Source: Octopus sinensis
Lineage: Eukaryota
Reading direction: 5' to 3'
NCBI RefSeq assembly: GCF_006345805.1
Contig: NW_021835719.1
Span: forward strand, 1 to 39,022
DNA: 39,022 nucleotides
How positions within the stretch are numbered: position 1 is the first letter of the stretch; each line of letters opens with the position of its first letter. The notes under the pieces were generated by a model. The model did no database searches, had not been told where the DNA came from, and saw only the letters and a program-made list of their open reading frames with translations. This document shows, piece by piece, positions 23,901-34,643 of this stretch. Both the position numbers and the translations under genes were made by a program.

Positions 23901-24605
23901 TATGAAGAAACGTAGTAAAACAATAAAATAGTAAGATAATTTTTAAGAACTTGCTGCGGACATCGAACGGGAGTTGAAATTGAATTGGGAATTTAAATTA
24001 TAGAATCGTAATGGTGAGAGGAGGAAAAAAGACCGCCAATGGCTGAAAGATGAGAAGAGATGGGAAGAGATGGGAAAGATATAGGATTACGGCTTGAGGT
24101 AGCCTGGCCTAAGGTTAAATTTTGTAGAGAGAGAGATAGAACGATAAATCAAGTTATGGCGAAGCTTGAAAGTAGCCTAAAAGGTTAAATTTTCGTAACA
24201 ATGTATGAAGAAACGTAGTAACAACGAATAAAATAGTAAGATAAATTTTTAAGAACTTGCTGCGGACATCGAACGGGAGTTGAAATTGAATTGGGAATTT
24301 AAATTATAGAATCGTAATGGTGAGAGGAGGAAAAAAGACCGCCAATGGCTGAAAGATGAGAAGAGATGGGAAGAGATGGGAAGAGATAGGATTACGGCTT
24401 GAGGTAGCCTGGCCTAAGGTTAAATTTTGTAGAGAGAGAGATAGAACGATAAATCAAGTTATGGCGAAGGCTTGAAAGTAGCCTAAAAAGGTTAAATTTT
24501 CGTAACAATGTATGAAGAAACGTAGTAACAACGAATAAAATAGTAAGATAAATTTTTAAGAACTTGCTGCGGACATCGAACGGGAGTTGAAATTGAATTG
24601 GGAAT
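14967..24605. repeat. Tandem array (satellite) of ~32 monomers of 293-308 bp
   Basis: The anchor AATGGCTGA recurs at 14973, 15281, 15588, 15891, 16186 ... 24038, 24344. Differences are mainly 1-bp indels plus one or two copies of GAGATGGGAA. The plus strand is purine-rich. Confidence 0.98.
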
Positions 24606-24743
24606 ATATATATATATATACATACATATATACATACATATACATACATACATATACATACATACACACACACATATATATATATATTACACATACATAA
24701 TACATACATATACATCATACATATACATACATACACACCACAT

Positions 24744-24785
<42 letters not shown>

Positions 24786-25258
24786 TAATATATATATATA
24801 TACATACATATATACATACTATATAATATGATTATACACACACAGATAGACATTAGGTTGCAGTTGGAATGACTTAACCTCTGAAGATAAAGAAGAAAGA
24901 ATGGCCGCGAAACAGAAAGAACGGCAATGAAAAAGGATGGCTGTATTATCTACTGGGGCAATAAAGAAACTTACATTGAGACAAATGCACACACACACAC
25001 ACACACACACATGTATTATATAGTATGTATGTATATGTTTATAGGTGTGTGTGTATATGGTTGGGTCTAGGGCAGGTGGAGGTGTGTAGAATATGAGGCA
25101 ATTATGCATATAGGTGCAATGATGTGCATATGTTTAAGCATGCATCATTTGAATACATGCGTTCATATGTGCAGTCAGGCGTGTATATTTATGTATTGAC
25201 GCTGCCAATGCATTTAATCACATATAAAGCAACTAGGGTGTTGAAAGAAGAAAAAAAG

Positions 25259-25292
<34 letters not shown>

Positions 25293-25631
25293 CACACACG
25301 TATATATACACACACACACAAATATATATATAGAACACACACACACGTATATAATATACACACACACAACATATATATACACAACACACACAGAATATCA
25401 ACACACACATATGTATATATACAACACACACACACACAACATATATTATATATATAATACACATATAGATAATACACACACACACACACATATATATATA
25501 CACACACACATATATATATATATACACACAGACATATATATATATACACACACATATATATACACACACATATATATATACACACACACACATATATATA
25601 TACACACACACATATATATGTACACACACAC

Positions 25632-25662
<31 letters not shown>

Positions 25663-26192
25663 TATATATGTACACACACACACACATATATATATATACA
25701 AACACACACATATATATGGATATATCATGTACATATATATAAATATGTATGCAAGTGTGTGTGTATGTGTCTGTATATGAATGTGTGTGTATATACACAT
25801 ATTGTGTCTGTATGTGTATAGATGTCTGTATATCTGTGTTTGTGTATATAGTCATGTTTTTATATTATGTGTATGTATAATTATATATGTGTGTATATAT
25901 ATATAAATGTATGCATATTTTAGAATGAGTACCTGGGTACGATGCGTATGTACAATTATGTGAGTGTGTATACATCTGTTTATAATTATGCGTGTATGTA
26001 CACAAATGTATATAGGTGTGTATATATTTGCCTGTAGAATTATGTGTGTATGTATATGCACGTCTATATACGTCTGTATGTATATGTGAGTATATTTATG
26101 TGTATGTTTATTTATATGTTTGTATGTGTGCCCATATTTATGTGTGTGTGTGTGTGTTTCTAGGGTGTGTGTGTATGTATGTTTTGTTTGTG

Positions 26193-26223
<31 letters not shown>

Positions 26224-26296
26224 CTTATAGAAATTATCATATTGTCAAAAGAATTCCTTATGCTTCTTACTTCTATAGACTTGACAGTGCTGTATG

Positions 26297-26332
<36 letters not shown>

Positions 26333-26570
26333 GTGTGCATGTGTGTGTATGTATGTATGTGTGTATGTGTGTGTCTGTCTATGTGTATATATAGATATGT
26401 ATATATAAAATTTATGAAGTCTAAGGAAAAATTAATGCGAATGTACATGTATGTGTATAAGTATATACATAAATGTATATATGTACACATACATACATAT
26501 GTACACACACTCCTATGCATACAGAGCCTGCCATAGTTACATATACACACTCATATATATATTTCTATAT
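24606..26570. repeat. Microsatellite-dominated region with short unique islands (24830-25260)
   Basis: Directly visible (TA)n, (CA)n and (TG)n. Confidence 0.8.
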
Positions 26571-26770
26571 ATATACTTTATTTAAAAGCAACAGAAAATT
26601 CAACAAAACCTGTTACTCTGAGTTTCACGTTCCCGTTCGTCGGACAGGGGAAACTCAGAGTAACAGGTTTTGTTGAATTTCCTGCTGCTTTAAATAAAGC
26701 ATATTACTCTACCCCTGGTATTTGAGTACTCTTTTTTCCACCTTGTTTCACATTTATGTGTTTACTCCGG
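26571..26770. mobile_element. Penelope-like pseudo-LTR remnant with inverted partial duplication
   Basis: Perfect 31-bp inverted repeat (26596-26626 / 26650-26680), extending imperfectly to ~55 bp, enclosing part of a hammerhead motif. PLE assignment is inferred from the known PLE-hammerhead association. Confidence 0.6.
26609..26648 (-). ncRNA. Minimal type-I hammerhead ribozyme motif with variant core CCGACGA
   Basis: CCUGU-CCGACGA-ACG-GGAA-CGU-GAAA-CUC-A-GAG-UA-ACAGG: 5-bp stem I, 3-bp stem II, near-palindromic stem III, GUA cleavage triplet. Confidence 0.75.
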
Positions 26771-26830
<60 letters not shown>

Positions 26831-26889
26831 GATGGATGGATGGATAGATAGATAGATATACACACATATATAGTGGTAGCTGGAGCTGC

Positions 26890-27004
26890 ACAAAATTTTG
26901 TCAGTGAATTGGTCGTATTCAAAGTGAATTTAAACATTTAAGTGAATCTAACAGTTTTTGTATGTGTTTTTAAATGGCTTATAAACATCTTCCACACAGC
27001 AACT
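26890..27004 (+). repeat. Dispersed repeat family D (second copy at 29399-29490)
   Basis: Both copies share GTGAAT...AAC(A/G)GTTTTTG...TTAAATGGCTTA(T/C)AAACA(T/C)CTTCCAC. Confidence 0.6.
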
Positions 27005-27029
27005 GAATATATATATATATATATATAAT

Positions 27030-27335
27030 AAACATTGCCCTTTTCAAGCCTATTCAGGCTCATGGGCCCGGTTTCATGGTTTCTGTGGTGTATGTGTTCC
27101 CTAGCTGGACGGGACGCCAGTCCATCGCAGCGTTACTCAAGAAACAGGAAGAGTGAGTGAGAGAAAGATGGGATGAAAGAGTACAACAGGGGACACCACC
27201 ATCCCCTGCTGGAGTCTCATGGAGCTTTTAGATGTTTTCGTTCAATAAACACACACAACGCCCAGTCTGGGAATTGAAATCGCGATCCTCTGACCGCAAG
27301 TCCGCTGCCCTAACCACTGGGCCATTGCGCCTCCA
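27030..27335 (-). mobile_element. SINE with family B head and body but a different 3' module
   Basis: Matches 7422-7620 up to CTTCCTGTTTCT, then continues GCTGCGATGGACTGGCGTCCCGTCCAG... Confidence 0.85.
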
Positions 27336-27353
27336 CACACACAACACACACAC

Positions 27354-27403
<50 letters not shown>

Positions 27404-27450
27404 TACATATATATATATACATATATATATATACATATATATATATATAT

Positions 27451-27656
27451 GTGACCTCGTGTGTACAGTTGGCAATTTTTTTTCCCTCTGTCTTCCCTTC
27501 TCTGGATCTTTCCTTCTCCTATGTTTCCGAGGAAGAGCTCCGCTCGAAACGTTAAACCCTCCTTCTTTCCTTCTTTCCTGAGCGTCCAATAATACTATAT
27601 TTGTTCCACGTCCTCACGTTGTTGTGTTTTTTTTTGTGCTTTCATGTTTGGATTAA
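27451..27656 (+). mobile_element. Penelope-like pseudo-LTR remnant
   Basis: Pyrimidine-rich segment between (TA)n tracts carrying a minimal hammerhead motif. Class is inferred. Confidence 0.55.
27523..27557 (+). ncRNA. Minimal type-I hammerhead ribozyme motif with variant core CCGAGGA
   Basis: GUUU-CCGAGGA-A-GAGC-UCC-GCUC-GAAA-C-G-UU-AAAC: 4-bp stem I, 4-bp stem II, palindromic ACGU stem III, GUU triplet. Confidence 0.7.
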
Positions 27657-28437
27657 GTATACATATATATATTTATATACATATACATACATGCAGAGTA
27701 AGCATGATAAATTCTAGGCTTAGGAAAAAGTTTGTGCACTGTGTTAAAGTAATGACCCGAATAAACACACACACACCACAAAAATATATAAAAATGTATC
27801 ATTTCAACATGTCATACAAACTTTTTCCTCAACCTAGTATATAGACATATATGTAGATGGGTGGTTAGATAGTTAGATAGGCAGAAAGACAGACAGATAG
27901 GAGAGGTATATAGATAGAAAGATATATAGATATATAAATAGAGACGGAGAGGCTGTTATCCGCAATGTTATAAAAATGACGCCCAATGAAGAAATCTGAT
28001 GCCGTACAATATTGGCCAAAGTGTGGTCATTGGAGCGGTGTTGTTTGATGATGTCATCATGGTCAAATAACATAGACTGTCCTATGAAAGGCGATACTGG
28101 TCGGTCAGTTGTGGGACATGCGATAGGAGAGAACCAGAAGTGACCTGTTTGGCCGCTGGGCTTAATTGCTTATGGTGTGGTGGTGGTGGTGGTCGTGGTG
28201 GAGTTGTTGGCAGTAATGGTGGTTTTACTGCCAATGGTTTCATATTTTCATTTACATATATATGTGTGTGTGTGTGTGTGTGTGTATATATACATTTACA
28301 TATATACATACATACATATATATATATGCATACATGTATTTACATTATTTATATATATGCATAAATATATATCATATAATATATATTTATACTATATACA
28401 TATATATATATAGATAGATATGTATGTATGTATGTAT

Positions 28438-28581
28438 CATATCATCGTTTAACGTCCACTTACCATGCTGGCATGGGTTGGATGATTTGACTGAGGACTG
28501 GCGAGCCAGATGGCTGCACACCAGGCTTCAATCTTGATCTGGCAGAGTTTCTACAGCTGGATTCCCTTCCTAACGCCAGCC
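28438..28581 (-). mobile_element. 5'-truncated RTE-type 3' tail
   Basis: Homologous to 6578-6718 with an almost identical truncation point; TA-rich flanks. Confidence 0.8.
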
Positions 28582-28588
28582 ATGTATG

Positions 28589-28627
<39 letters not shown>

Positions 28628-28830
28628 CTCCTTCGGTAATTTGGTACGATCGTTTCATGCTACTTCATTTTATTAAACATTGTAAGTATTACATCGGTTT
28701 TAAAATGTTGAGCAATCCTCAGGCATTTATAGAAGTCTTCCATCAAACAGACAATACATATACTTACTTCCATTTCATTTGACAACATTATAAAGAGGGT
28801 AGATATAAAGACAGTGATGTTGATTTAATT

Positions 28831-29190
28831 TACACTTTTACTTGTTTCAGTCAATTGACTGCCGCCATGCTGGAGCACCGCCTTTAATCGAGCAACTCGA
28901 CCCCAGTACTTATTCTTTTGTAAGCCCAGTACTTATTCTATCGGTCTCTTTTGCCGAACCGCTAGTAACGGGGACATAAACACACCAGCATCGGTTGTCA
29001 AGCAATGCTAGGGGGACAAACAGACACACAAACACATACACACACACATATATATATGTACATATATACGACAGGCTTCTTTCAGTTTCCGTCTACCAAA
29101 TCCACTCACAAGACACTTGCCCAAGATGCCACGCAGTGGGACTGAACCCGGAACCATGTGGTTGGTAAGCAAGCTATTTACCACACAGCC
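28831..29190 (-). mobile_element. SINE family A with a ~30-bp internal deletion
   Basis: Reverse complement of 2656-3126. The junction TCACAAG|ACACTTGCCC lacks the GGCCCGGGGCTATAG segment. Confidence 0.88.
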
Positions 29191-29213
29191 AAATTTATTA
29201 TGATTGTTGCCAC

Positions 29214-29398
29214 TACGTTCTGAGTTCAAATTCCGCCGAGGTCGACTTTGCCTTTCATCCTTTCGGGGTCGATTAAATAAGTACCAGTTACGCACTGGGG
29301 TTGATATAATCGACTTAATCTGCTTGTATGTCCTTGTCTGTCCTCTCTGTGTTTAGCCCCTTGTGGGTAGTAAAGAAATTATCATTATTATTATTATT
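29214..29398 (+). mobile_element. SINE family C, 5'-truncated, with (ATT)n tail
   Basis: Homologous to 34349-34573. Confidence 0.85.
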
Positions 29399-30238
29399 AA
29401 ATGTTGAAGTGAATTGAACGGTTTTTGTGTTTCTTAAATGGCTTACAAACACCTTCCACGCTGCAATTGTTTTCGTTCCAGAACACAATCTCAGATCAGG
29501 TCACTTGCTAGGCAAGTACATCTCCATAATATTATTATTATATATTATATAAATATATTTGAGATAGGATTGTGACAGCTGGAACCTTTGGCTCAGATTT
29601 GATCTGGGGCTAAACACCACCACCACACCACCACCACCCTCATCATCATCGTCATCATCATCAACAACAACATCAACAACATCCATAGTAAAAACTGTTC
29701 CCTAAAATTTGGAAACACAAACAGGGAAAATAAACATTATTTCCACAGGGTGTTGGGGGATGAACGATAGGGGGTTGAGGGTACACACCTCACCCCAGGC
29801 CTACCCTGCCTGCCTCCGTGGGGTGGGGGTTTCTCCACACTTTTTTCCGAACCCACCCCCAGCCAACCCTGCAATGTATGCATCTTCAAACACCCCCGCC
29901 CTCACCCTCATCAGGTGGGGGTGGATGGAGCCACCCGTCGGGTGTCAGTCTGTCAGTCATAAGATATTACTGTACACACTTAGGGGTGTATATATAATGA
30001 GGCCTGGTATACGTCTGCTTTGATGTGTATATATATATCGTATATACATCAGCTTGTCATATACACATCCTTCACTCGCTTCTACACCTGCGAAATACAT
30101 TAAACGGAATACAAAGCCAACATCTTCAACAATAAGAGCAGTGCCACCCTTTTCCCCCACCCTGCAACAATATCAAATTGGCAAGAGGATATCAGCATGC
30201 TTGTGAGACCTGCTAGAAATAGCAACCAAATCACCCTC

Positions 30239-30576
30239 ATTCTCGCTCACAACATCATAAGCGGAAAGTGTAACCTCTCGAAAGAGCTGTTCTTCACTCC
30301 TGCTCCGGAGCGTCGGCTGCGGGGTCATTCCGAAAAGCTCTCTCTGCGACGATTTCATCTCAATCGAAGGAGAGGGGCTTTCTCCGTCCGGGTTGCGGAT
30401 CCGTGGAACAAGCTGCCGGACGAGATGGTGAAGATGCCGACGACCGCTCGGTTCAAAGTCTCCCTTGACCTCAAGTGGCCTGAACTCTTTACAAGAACAC
30501 CACCCTGTACTCAACTCCATGTCCCCCTACATGGCCTTGCTATTTGCTTTTGAGCCAAATTAACTAACTAACTAAC
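30239..30576 (+). mobile_element. 5'-truncated CR1-clade LINE 3' end with (TAAC)4 tail
   Basis: ILAHNIISG...FF...RRLRGHSEKL...RRGAFSVRVADPWNKLPDEMV...FKVSLD matches the CR1 ORF2 C-terminal pattern (RGH..KL, FS.RV..WN.LP, FK..LD). Confidence 0.88.
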
Positions 30577-30701
30577 AAATCACACCTTACTGTCTTATCT
30601 ATGTATATATGAATCTAGTCTTGCTTTCCAGCTTCCTGGGCTTCGTCAAACTATCCAACCAATGCCAGCATGGACAATGGAAGGGATATTTTCGGTTTGA
30701 C

Positions 30702-31094
30702 CGGCAGTTTTTTCTAGCGGGGTCATATGAACTTGTCACCCATGATTATGACCCTAGTATCGATCTATTGCATTTCAATCTGCTTTAGGGTTGGAGTTAG
30801 GGGTTGGGGAAAGGGTATCTTTTTTTCTTCAGAAATGTAAATAAACCCAATCTGTTTCTTAAACGAAGGACATATTCATATGGCACAGAATGTTTTCACC
30901 TCAATAGACGTCATTGATTGGTTGAAATTGCAGAAATTGAAGAAAAAAAAAACAAATATCTTACAAACTGCAGAATTTTCTCAAGAAAGCCAAGAGAAAA
31001 ATATGTTTTATAAACACATTTCTATCAGTATATGGAGTTTAAAAGTGTTAACTAGAAATTGTGTTAAAAACTGCCATTCAAACAGAAAAGATCC
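30702..31094 (+). mobile_element. Dispersed non-autonomous element family E, copy 2
   Basis: Colinear with 6158-6555. Confidence 0.75.
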
Positions 31095-31136
31095 AACGGA
31101 AGTTAAATGATGACAATGATGACGATATATATATGT

Positions 31137-31580
31137 CATCATCATCATCATCATCGTTTAACGTTCGTTCTCCATGCTAGCATGGGTTGGACAGTTCGAC
31201 CGGGGATCTGGGAAGCCAGAAGGCTGCACCAGGCTCCAGTCTTATCTGGCAATGTTTCTACAGCTGGATGCCCTTCCTAACGCCAACCACTCCGAGAGTG
31301 TAGTGGGTGATTTTATGTGCCACCGACACAGGTGCCAGACGAGGCTGGCGAACGGCCACGCTCGGATGGTGTTTTTTATGTGCCACCGACACAGGTGCCA
31401 GACGAGGCTGGCAGACAGCCACGCTCGGATGGTGTTTGTTACGTGCCCACAGCACGGAGGCCAGTCAATGCGGTACTGGTTACGGCCACGTTCGGATGGT
31501 TTTCTTATGTGCCACCGGCACTGGTACCACAAGGATACAAATTCCATTGATGTTCATCTATTTTGATTTGGTTTGATTTG
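31137..31580 (-). mobile_element. RTE-type 3' UTR fragment with ~58-bp internal tandem repeats
   Basis: TGTGCCACCGACACAGGTGCCAGACGAGGCTGGC is repeated (~31317 and ~31379). (GAT)n tail; homologous to 11690-12073. Confidence 0.85.
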
Positions 31581-32199
31581 ATCTTATATATGTATATATA
31601 TTTATAGATTTTATATATATGTATATATATTTATATAGATATAGATATGAATATATACATGTATATATTCTCACATATGACCATATCCAATCAAGCGTGA
31701 TTTTGAGGGAAAGTTTTAGCTGCTATTTCTTGCTTCCACATAGAAGTTTCCCTCTTCGGCTTCTGATGAAGCGAAGCATGGTATGCAACGCAACAAGGAC
31801 AGATGTCGGTTGCAGGCGGCGCCGGGGGGGGAAGGTTGGAAAGGAATAGGTGGTGGTGGTGGAGGTGGTGGGTAGGTTAGGAGGGTGGCGCACGTGGAAG
31901 GGGGAGAAGCGGGGGGGGGGTGAGAGCCAGGGTGTGGCCGGTGGGGGTAGGATATCCGATTCCATCACCGTTTGGATATTAATGTTTGCTCGGGAAGGGG
32001 TGGTGGGGCGGGGGGGGGACAGTGTCGATGTCGGTGATGACAATGATGATGATGATGATAATGATGATGATGATGATGAGGGGGGGATCATGTGCAAGGA
32101 GGAGCTGGGGTGGGGGGCGTGGGGTGTGGTGTGTGCTTAATGATAATTAACTTTATGACATTCTTCTTTGAGGAGACGTGTATAATGTTTGAAGTCAGT

Positions 32200-32217
32200 G
32201 TATGTGTGTGCACAGAG

Positions 32218-32271
<54 letters not shown>

Positions 32272-32337
32272 CACACATATATGCACACACAGTTCCCTTG
32301 AACATAACACTATATACACAAACACCCACACATGAAC

Positions 32338-32383
<46 letters not shown>

Positions 32384-32635
32384 ACATTATAATATATCTG
32401 TATGTGTGAGTGTTACATGTTTGTGAATAACAGATGTTAAACATAGTATATAAATTATATATGCATGTATACATATATATATACATATATATTACTATAT
32501 ATATATATATATATATATATTAATATATATATATATATATAACATGCACACTCACATATGTGTATATGTGTAAATATGTATGCACATATATATGTGTATA
32601 TGTGTGTGTATATAGATAGATACATATATATATAA

Positions 32636-32677
<42 letters not shown>

Positions 32678-32713
32678 TATACATATATATGTATGTATAT
32701 ATTCACATATATA

Positions 32714-32785
<72 letters not shown>

Positions 32786-33232
32786 TATGTGTGCACACAT
32801 AGATGTATATTAATGTTCGGAAGTGTGCACGCATGCAATGGTGTAGATGACATGACACGCGTGTGTGAGTGTATATATATGGCGAAAAAAAAACAATTGA
32901 TACGGCAGCAACTGGATATCAGAAACGTGGCAATGAAGGAGCAGGGGTGTATATAAGGAGGTATGACCTGGGTGGGGGTAGAATTACTGTACAAATAAAG
33001 ATGATTTATCGTATACAGTTATTGCTGCATGTTTATTCTATATGGATATATATATACACACAAAGGTGCATATATATATATATATATAAACACAAATATG
33101 CATATATATATAAATATATAATATATATACACACGGGTGTGTGTCTAATATATATGTGTCTGCATACACATAAATATATTCATAGATATACATATATGTT
33201 ATACACACATATATATATTTATATATGTATAT

Positions 33233-33273
<41 letters not shown>

Positions 33274-33700
33274 TAAACATATATATATTCATACACAAAC
33301 ACAACACACACATATATATATACATACACACAATATAAATGTATAAATATTTATATATATTTGTATAAGTGTATATTCCTATAGTAACATATGCAAAAAC
33401 ATATAGCTCCTTCTCTGTGTTTGTGTGTGTATATATATATATATATGTACTCACACACATACACAATTATATGTACTCACACACATACACAATTATATGT
33501 ACTCACACACATACACAATTATATGTACTCACACACATACACAATTATATGTACTCACACACGTGCCCATTTGCTTATGTTAGTAAAGACATAAACATAT
33601 AAATACATAAACATATATATATACACACACACACATGCACATGTATGTATATGTGTGGCTATGTGTGTGTGTCTATGAGTGTGTGTGTGTGTGTGTGTGT
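32200..33700. repeat. Microsatellite-dominated region, including a perfect 26-bp minisatellite at 33442-33561
   Basis: TATATGTACTCACACACATACACAAT x ~4.6, within (TA)n/(CA)n. Confidence 0.85.
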
Positions 33701-34207
33701 GTGTGCATACATCAGTAACGAAGAGTGTTGGGTTTCTTGCCACGCTTGTATCAAATTGCTGTTTCATAAAACTCTGGGCCCTTGAGTCCAGATGTAGTTT
33801 CAAAGCTATTAATAATACACACACACACACACACACGCTCATACACATGTACAGCCATATGTATACACACACATATATATACAGATGTAATTACATACAG
33901 ACATACCTTGTAATTACCCACCGAAAACTCATTAAAGTTGTTCAACCTTTTTTCCATCTTTGGAGAAATAATTAAAGTTGTCATATTTCTGTCTGCTACA
34001 AAGGTTTACATATATTATATCACACCTTGATACCTTGTGAACTGATATCCCTACTAGAAGGCCCCTGATAAACTGTTAAGGCCCCTAAATAAACTGTTAA
34101 CACATGTGCTATGTAAATTAGTAGGTCCAGTTCACTGTGGCTACTAATTTTGTTGTGTATATAGTAATATAGGCTGCTTGTCTCTTTAGGATTGGTCAAA
34201 TTGATTT

Positions 34208-34251
34208 AAACATCTCTGATGAGACCCCAATAATGTTCGAAAATTGGATGT
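34208..34251 (+). ncRNA. Degenerate hammerhead-like motif
   Basis: ACAUCU-CUGAUGA-GAC...GUUC-GAAA-AUU-GGAUGU. The core and stem I are recognisable, but stem II is mismatched and stem III and the cleavage site are imperfect. Confidence 0.35.
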
Positions 34252-34348
34252 GTTTGTTCATCATTACTCCAGGCTGTGGAGAAATAGTTACATTCACCCT
34301 TTTAGTCTGTCTCCTGCGTGGATTTACATATATTATATCTTGATACAA

Positions 34349-34573
34349 GGTGGCGAGCTGGCAGACACGTTTGCACACCAGGCGAAATGCTTAGTGGTAT
34401 TTCGTCCGCTCTTATGTTCTGAGTTCCGCCGAGGTCGACTTTGCCTTTCATCCTTTCGGGGTTGATAAATAAAGTACCAGTTTCGCACTGGGGTCGATGT
34501 AATCGACTTAATCCTTCTGTCTGTCCTTGTTTTTCCCCTCTATGTTTAGCCCCTTGTGGGCAATAAAGAAATA
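34349..34573 (+). mobile_element. SINE family C, full length, with 12-bp TSD
   Basis: TSD TATATCTTGATA at 34334-34345 and 34574-34585. Confidence 0.88.
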
Positions 34574-34643
34574 TATATCTTGATAACATTGTAGGCTGAC
34601 ATCTTCACTGACAGGCTTCTGATATTAATTAAACAGTTAACAC

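Noticed and set aside
14967-24605. CRISPR array interpretation
   Set aside because: Near-identical ~303-bp monomers with no unique spacers, no cas genes, and a eukaryotic context.
14967-24605. Retrozyme (hammerhead-per-monomer) or tandem 5S/snRNA/tRNA gene array
   Set aside because: I found no CUGANGA-stem-GAAA arrangement on either strand; CTGAAGA in a few units is a 1-bp homopolymer variant without stems. No match to recalled 5S, U1, U2, U6 or SL RNA starts. The A-box-like and B-box-like motifs lie on opposite strands. A formal Infernal scan would still be worthwhile.
15281-24605. Most single-base differences between monomers as real variation
   Set aside because: They are mainly 1-bp indels in homopolymers or GA runs, typical of unpolished long-read error.
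32940-32965. TATATAAG as a TATA-box promoter
   Set aside because: TA-rich motifs are ubiquitous here; no downstream gene evidence.
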